64,000 bases of DNA from the human T2T-CHM13v2.0 reference genome, Homo sapiens. Below the pieces are notes generated by a model. It did not search any database and was not told the origin of the DNA. It was given only the letters and a program-made list of their open reading frames with translations. How positions within the stretch are numbered: position 1 is the first letter of the stretch; each line of letters begins with the position of its first letter. Positions 56,117-64,000 of the stretch are shown here, piece by piece. Location: the NCBI RefSeq assembly GCF_009914755.1, contig NC_060933.1; one strand, 5' to 3'. The translations under genes were made by a program, and so were the position numbers.

Positions 56117-59067
56117 TTTTTCCAACATTTAAATGCTACACAGCAAATGATAACTTTTGATTGATTTGAGCCAGGTTGCTTAAGGGCGTTCAACGAAGTC
56201 TACTTTGCACATTGGTATTATTAAAATTGCTCAAACATAAAACCAATCTTTGCTCAGTATTGATGGAAACAATGTGTGTTCGAGAGTACTGATAACAAAT
56301 AAATAATGAATCACCACCCTACAGCAATGATGTATTACACTAGACTTTTTTCCTGGAGACATAGAAGTAAATGTTTTAGGGAGGCTGTGGGAGTCAGAGG
56401 TGGGTCTTAAACAAGGTAGATATAAAAGATTATGAGTCATCATACAAATTCTGTGTTGCTTCTACAGTAAATATCATGGAACAAATGTTGGTAGAATATG
56501 AAAAAAAATATATATATATATCCTCCTGTCTATTCACAGAATATGGAATATATATATATATCTCCTCCTGTCTATTCACAGCTCCAATGCAGCTTTCTTA
56601 CTTCCCACCAATTAAGTTTCTAATAACACCTATAGGCAATCTTTATATATATATGCTGGGGTATCAGCAGTGACTCATTTTCCAAAATAATTTGATATTA
56701 ATATAGAAGAGGAAACACAATATCTCCTTTCAGCCAGCGCGGGAGAGATAAATTTCTCACTGTCAATACAGGTTAGTAGTTCCCTCAAACACAATTAGGA
56801 CTTAGATGAGAACATCCTCTTTCCTGGGTTAAGAATATGTTTACAATGAGAAAACAAGGCCAATCCAACTTTTCTGAAAAGAGCATCAGTCCAGTGAGGA
56901 CTGATTCAGTAAGGTACATTGTGATTCACTCATGACTGGAGAAGAAAAAGGTTGGCTTGGGAAAACAAAAAAAAAAAAACAAACAAAAGCCACCTTTAAA
57001 ATCAATCCACAATCCGCAAGTCTCAAACAACTATCACTCATCCACATAGAAAAGTCATCCATGTTTCAAAAAGGCCATAAACCATGCATAGGCTGCTGGT
57101 TAAGAGACTGATCACACTGGCAAGGAGAGGACCTACAATAGTTGTCCTCTCAAATTTGTAAAATTTGATGAGAAATGGGAATAAATTATAAATCTGAGCT
57201 TGGAGGCTTGTGTGATCTTCAGAGCAAAGTGTCCCCCAAACCAAAGTTAGAATAAGCAATATTTTTAAAATATTTCAGGTCCAGCCCAAACTGACATACT
57301 TATCTGTGAAGTTATCTGTATTTATCTGTAAAAATTTGTGGCCATATAATGCAGAGATACTAATGCATGAACCCTTTTGTATAAATCACAAGTACATGTG
57401 ATTTCATAGAGAGATGCACAAAAAAATTAAAAGTGGCTCTCTCAAAAGGAAGTGTTTGGCATTTGAAAAAGAGGAAGATATATAACAAATGTTGAACTAC
57501 TTTAGATCTTAAAACATCTCAGAAAAAAAACACAACTTTTTCTTCACCTAATAGTGCTTCAAAGAAATATAATTTAACTCACATCCCAGTCTTGGCTATC
57601 GATTATAGAAGTTAACAAACAGAACAATTTCTCTGTAACCTATTGTTTTTAAGCAGGCCTTGAGATTTGTTTTAATTATTTAGTATTCTGCATAGATGCA
57701 TCTGATGGACTTGGCTGTTTTGCTCCTTGAACATATTGTAACAGTCTCAGAGCTACATGTGCTCAGGGAAGGCATTTTAAAAACTAAATTTTCAAAGGTG
57801 TCAGCAACCTTGCAGATTTAAGATTGTAAATATCCACACTGCAGAACATGTCCACTAAATTTTCCAATCAGAGGAGGCCTGTGTTGACAGCTCATCCCAT
57901 GGCAGGCATTGAATTTAATCAAGAAATTTCTAGTTTAAAGGTTAAATTCTAACCTGAAAATGCACCATATCTAAGGAAATTCCATTTCAAGTAACATGAA
58001 AATTCATTCCAGAAGTTTTCATGACTGTCATGGTTGAAGAGCTAAGTCTTATTTATCAAGGTTTTATACTATATGTCACTACCAACATACTGAAATGTTT
58101 TCCCATTTACCATTCCTTTGAATCTGAGTTTATTGTACTCTAGTTCTCTTTTCCTGGGAAGCTGAGGAAGCTAGAGAATGTTATCTTATATAGAAGGTTT
58201 GGAGATTATGTCTCCTTAAATTTTTATGGAAATTCAAATTTACTTTTCACACTTTCATGTTCTGGACATAGAGGGTCAAAATACATTAAGCCATGGATAA
58301 GACACAGTTGAATGTTATTTGAATGGTATTAGTAAATGCCATCACGAAGCTACTGTCAGACAGCTATGGGTAAAATTTCAGGAAATTCACAGCATAAGAA
58401 AAGGTAAAAGAATTTCAATGCACTGGCAAAGACTTAAAGATGTCCAAATCTTCCAATGTAATTTTATAAATTAGAAAAGCATATTAAGGTTTTCTTATGG
58501 AGAAAGAGAGAAAAAAATGTTCTATCAACTCTCTTGGATTGCCAGTTTCCAACAGCTGGTAGTCTTTGCTATTTGCAAAGACTTTCTGAATGTTTTTCTC
58601 CTGTATTTTCTCTTCTAGCATTTCTCTTAGGCCTGCGCACAGAGTCTGCAGTGCCCTGTTTTGTACCCCACAAAAGAGAGGTTTGGCAAAGTCACAGCAT
58701 CTGGTAGGTCCTGCCGGCTGGGTGATTTATGGCAAAACTAAGAGGCAAGCACAATTGATTTGGGTCTCTCTTTTCCTGTTTAAATGTTGTCCATTCTCCC
58801 CAGTTTAAGCTGCCTCCTGTCTATTCACAGCTCCAATGCAGCTTTCTTACTTCCCACCAATTAAGTTTCTAATAACACCTATAGGCAATCTTTATTTTTT
58901 ATTAAAAGCTTTCCTAAGACATGTCTTATTTCCAAGACAATAAATATACTGCTTGGAAGTATGGGGGCTAGTTTGGAAATTTTACTTCTTTCTTAGTTTG
59001 TGTGACTTCCAACTAATTGTTCCCATATTTGTAGGCCATCTGGATATTTAGGTAATAGGGAAAAATG

Positions 59068-59225
59068 AAAGGAGCATGGGGTTGGAGTCAGAGAGATAGA
59101 TCTAGGGCCAAATGCCACTTCCGTGACTTATGAAGTGGGTGACATTGGGCAGGACCTTTAATATCTTGGAGTCTCAGTTTCCTCATCTGTGAAATGCAGG
59201 TAATGAGCTCTAGTTTATACACTGT
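59068..59225 (+). mobile_element. MIR
   Basis: ttggagtcaga ... gtgacattgggcagg ... gtctcagtttcctcatctgtgaaatg. Confidence 0.85.
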
Positions 59226-60127
59226 AGGATTGCATTTGTAGGGATGCATTCTATTACAGGCATTTAGACTTGTCTTAACAGACCATGTCCCGTAATTCCT
59301 TTCTAAAAATTGCCTTCTCTTTCCAGTTCTTGCTAAAAGGGTGATCCTAGGGACAGTCAGATTTTATACAGGTGATCTTGACCCTCTGGCCACAGTGTTA
59401 GATCAATGTGGAAACCTGATCCCAAGAGAACCCATCTAAATGTTGAGCACAGCCAATTATGGTGTCTTTCTTGACAATTTAATCTAAACACACACACACA
59501 CAAAATAGTTGAGACAATATGGAGCACCTGGAACTCTTGTGACATTGACAATAAACATGGGATGACCTCTCTGTTGACTTCATTGTAGCTGGCACCTGAA
59601 CATTTTCGACTGGATTCAAAAGAAACATCATGACCAACCTGAGCCACTGATGGCATGGAGGAGAAGAAATCAGGAGGCCCTGAGGAACATGATGTACAGA
59701 GGGGTGTGGTTGAATAACATGGGTGTATGAACAGAAGATGAAGCGGGCATCATGCAAACTCATGAGAGGCCTGGCTGATCTTGGCCCTTGCTCTTGGTTG
59801 TCTAGAAGGTTGTGCTGACAATTAGCCACCACCTAGAGTCTAGTTTGAATGGGTTTCTTTAGCTTCCAACCAAACTGGAACTACAAAAGGCCCTTGGTTC
59901 CTGTCCTGACACAGCATAAAGTTTGATGTGCAATGAGAATTATTATGATTCCCAGTCTGCCAGCTACTGTCTTCCTCCATGGCTTTCTCCATTATCCAGG
60001 GAAGACTCAGCACATGTTCAAGGCAGAAAGGATTCTATATTACCCTGGTTGTTCTAGCCATCCTCATAAATGGTGAAAAGTAGTTTCTTGGTTTATTCAG
60101 TTGCTGGCTAATTACAATAGACCTTAA

Positions 60128-60467
<340 letters not shown>

Positions 60468-60924
60468 TAAAATTATTTTATTTATTTATTTATTTTTACA
60501 TCTTTGGAGCTTAAGCCACATGAATTGTGTTTTCCAAAGTTACATGTTCTGGATAGTCCTTGAGGATGGTGCTATCTAAAATCACATGTCCTACTGGATC
60601 CTAGTTGAGCCTGGCTGACAGCAGCAACAGTAAACTCTATCCTTAACATGGTTAGGGAAAAATTACTTCTCCATACTTTCTAGTATTGATCTTAACCAGG
60701 ACTGTGATCTGAACCAAGAGCTCAGTAAGTGCTTGAACATATTTAAAAAGGTTTTTGTTTGTTTTTACTTTTTTAGAGCACTTTTGCTATCCTCCTCCTT
60801 ACCCCTGCCTCTATTCCCTATACAAAATTAGAATTAGGCCTCAGAATTTCAGCTCTTCAGCCTGTTAGAAGACAGCGAAACTGGGGAATCTTATGTATCA
60901 ACCAGTGGATGTACATAATATGAT

Positions 60925-61060
60925 TGGTTCTTCACAACAATTCTTATGAGATAGATATTTTTATTCCCAATTTACTTATGAGGTTCAGAGACTGGAAAAA
61001 GAGAAAGCACAAATCCTAATGGTAGTGAATAGTGGAGTTCGGGTGCAAGGTTTTGAGCTT
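60925..61060 (-). mobile_element. MIR fragment
   Basis: ttcttcacaacaattcttatgagatagatattttattcccaatttac ... gaggttcagaga. Confidence 0.65.
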
Positions 61061-63324
61061 CTCACTCTTTCAGTTTTTACATCCATCTGTTTGGGGGTGG
61101 TAGGAGAAATAAAGAGGTCCACAGGAGACAGTGGAAGGCAAAGGTAGGATGGGAAAAGCTCAGTTTAGTAGTTAGAAATATAGTCATATTTGTAAAGTGC
61201 CTAGCATATTGCCTTACACTAAGAGCATGCAGTAAATGGTGGCTATTTATTATTATCTTTTTCACAATAGTAATTCAGGAAATTATCTTGTCAACTTAAT
61301 GCAGATTACATAATAATCTATGTGTTGGCAACTGTTAGTAGGATTCAGCATGTCATAAAAATTATTTATCTGGGTGAAGTTTTATACTTCCTTTCATCAC
61401 CTTTCATTATCTTTTTCTTACAATTGACTTTTGATCATAAAAAATGTAATATGCATATTATTGACCTACTTTGTTTTACTTATTTAAATCTTAACATTTA
61501 AGTCACAGAATCTTAGTATTTGGGCTCACAATAAGTAAAATGTTAAGGATAGAGTAGTACACTGGATCTGTGGTCTTATTAATGATACATTAGCAGGCAT
61601 TATGGCATAAGATGTAGGGTTATCAAGAAGCAATGGATGTCTTGGAACATGACTGCATGGCTGTTTTCTTGTAATAAAATTATGATCCAGATTCAATTAT
61701 CCTCAATATCAAAAGTGATATCCTTAAATACTTTTGGTAAAGGCAAGAACACTGTTTATTTTAAATGTCCATTGAAAAGAAGACAAAACCTTGCAGCATG
61801 TTTAGTTGAGAACAGGAAAAACAGGGCAAATGAAAGTGGCTGAGAAAAAAATAAAAATAAATATATATATTCACATTTATCAAATGTAATAATCAAGGCT
61901 GGAAAAATACAGATAAAAATTAGAAAATGAGACCTCCAATAACTGTATTTTCCAAACTCCGCATTAGCTAGAGGAGTATAATATTTATTTTTCTCTAAAG
62001 AGTGGCTTTTTTTGTTTGTTTTGAAAAGTGAAAAGATTTTTTCTTACTTTTTAAGAGTTACATAAGGATAGCAGTAAATAACGCAACTTTGAAGAGACAA
62101 TGTTCAGGCTCTGCACAGATTTATGTTTGGTAGGGTTTCTGGCATAATGGTAATTATCCTTATAGTAAATGCATTTATATGTATGTATAAATCATAAGTT
62201 TTAAGAATAACTTGGAATGTATAATTCGAATTTAGAGAAAATGCAAGAGTAAATTTGAAAAACTTTTATTTTCTGAGTGCAGTCAAGAAACAAGAATAAA
62301 AATTACAAAGGTTATATAATTTTGAGAGCAGTGTATTCAGGGTGCATTTCAAGAAAATTATCTTCAAAATTAAGAAATAAGAACGGTCTTACAAATGTGA
62401 CCTCTTGATGGCTGAAGTTGATTGGAGACAGAACCCAGAAAATAGAGTTGTATACAAAGATATATACCCACCAGCTTCCTAATAAAAACAATAAAATGAA
62501 GTTTGAATAAAATATTTAATTTAAAGAAGTAAAAGTTAGAATTGATCACCATTTGACTCTTTTTTTTTTGTACTATAATTCTTTTGCAGCACAGAAAAAT
62601 AATCAGAGAAAGAAAGAAAAAATTGGTCTCTGGAGAGAGATATTTTCCCCAAATGACACATCTTTTAGTATTCTACTCATACTTTTTGGATTAGCGCAAA
62701 ACTTTAAAATCAAAGTTTATAATCAATCTTGAAGTTTTACTTTTACTTGTGTTTGGGTGTTTCTAGACTATGAGCATATAATTGATAATTGGTGTTTAAA
62801 GACTTTCTAAACTCAGTCCTTGAAGTTAAGGAAGTCACATAACTGCATTCTCTGGCATTTGTTGCTTTACCAATATGTTGAATGCTAAAGGATTTTCTCT
62901 TGGCTGTTCAAAACACATGTTTATCAAAATATATTCACGAGTGTACTAACATTCTTGGAAGGTACAGGACAACAGCAGTGTGTGCTGAGTCCCAGCTAGA
63001 CTCAGGAATAGCAAAGGAGGACACAGACGATAAATCTACAATATGGAGGGATTATGGGAGGATTTGGCAAGAAAACCATAACATTTGATGACTCTAGGAT
63101 TAGACCTGGAGGAAAACTGAGAGCATTTTAGATTTGCTTTATATGCCTCTCTACCCTTGCTTTATCATTACATTATTGCCAGCCTTCCTCTTGGAGCTAC
63201 TGTTTTTTCTTTAGACTGATTGTGATGGAAAGTAAGAGAGTGGGGAAGAGGGCCTTCGTAAACAGTCTCTAATGCCTTCCTGCCTGCCTGCTTGCCTGTC
63301 CACCTGCCTGTCTGCCTTCCTTGA

Positions 63325-64000
63325 GTTTCTATTGAGTAGTTTTATCTTCTAGGCACTGTACTACTCACTGGGAATACAATAATGAACAAAAACAGCCACA
63401 TTCCCTGCTTACTTTGGAGCTTAAGATCTCATGATGGAGACAGACATCATGTAAATATTCATGTATTTGAATGAATAATTAAGGTCTGAGCTAAAATTCT
63501 CTGAAGGAAGATAATAGGCCCAGAAAGCACAAACAATGTATCTTGACCTAGACTAATGCTGACTCTTCCAAAGAAGAGTTATATCAATAGCAGTGGTAAG
63601 AGATTGACAGGCTGAGAGAAACAGCATGTGCACAGATACTGTAGCAGGTGGAAGCAAGATCTTGAAGAAGTCACGTTAACTCTACAGGAGTAGAAAGCCA
63701 GAAATGCAGACCCATATTAAGGTCTCAGATCTCTATTCTAATGGAACCACAGGATGCCTCTGAAGGGCTTTTTTTGTGGTGGAAAGTGGAGGTGTTACAC
63801 TATGGCTGCTGAGTGTAGAACATCTTAGGCAAAACTATGGTGAATGTAAGAAGACCATAAAAGGCCATTTTTATACTTTAGGCTAGAGGTACTTTGATGA
63901 CAGAAGAGATGGTGAGAAGTAGGTGGGTTTGAGATATATTTTAGAGGTAATTTCAGTAAGATTTGATGATGTGTTGATGTATGAGGTGCAAAAGAGAGGA
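63325..64000 (-). mobile_element. L2 (antisense, runs off the window end)
   Basis: tattgagtag ... taggcactgtac ... gggaatacaataatgaacaaaaacag ... ggagcttaagatct ... aacagcatgtgcacaga. Confidence 0.85.

Noticed and set aside
59357-59832. 99- and 117-aa minus-strand ORFs
   Set aside because: No recognisable homology, and they run through a (CA)n tract. The region may be an old LTR that I could not assign.

Overview
AT-rich, CpG-poor human genomic DNA; a near-consensus AluYa5 at 48199-48509 points to human rather than another primate. I could not recognise any intact protein-coding gene, RNA gene or CRISPR array, and most ORF-track entries are Alu, L1, L2 or microsatellite artefacts. A large share of the window is interspersed repeat: eleven Alus, L1 fragments of several ages, HAL1, L2, MIR, MaLR LTRs and DNA transposons (MER5, MER20, MER58A, MER82, MER103C, MADE1). 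The one gene-derived feature is a minus-strand processed pseudogene of PIGU (GPI transamidase subunit) nested inside an old L1. It does not copy the canonical mRNA: it has exons 1-5 and 7, lacks the 101-nt exon 6, and ends in a non-PIGU, L1ME-like terminal segment with its own AATAAA, so it looks like a fossil of an alternatively spliced, intronically polyadenylated isoform. The second theme is five short non-tandem local duplications: four direct pairs 0.7-2.8 kb apart and one inverted pair with a ~230-bp spacer. They range from about 70% to 100% identity and several carry hairpin or microhomology junctions. Repeat subfamily names and PIGU exon boundaries come from remembered consensus sequences, and repeat boundaries are approximate.
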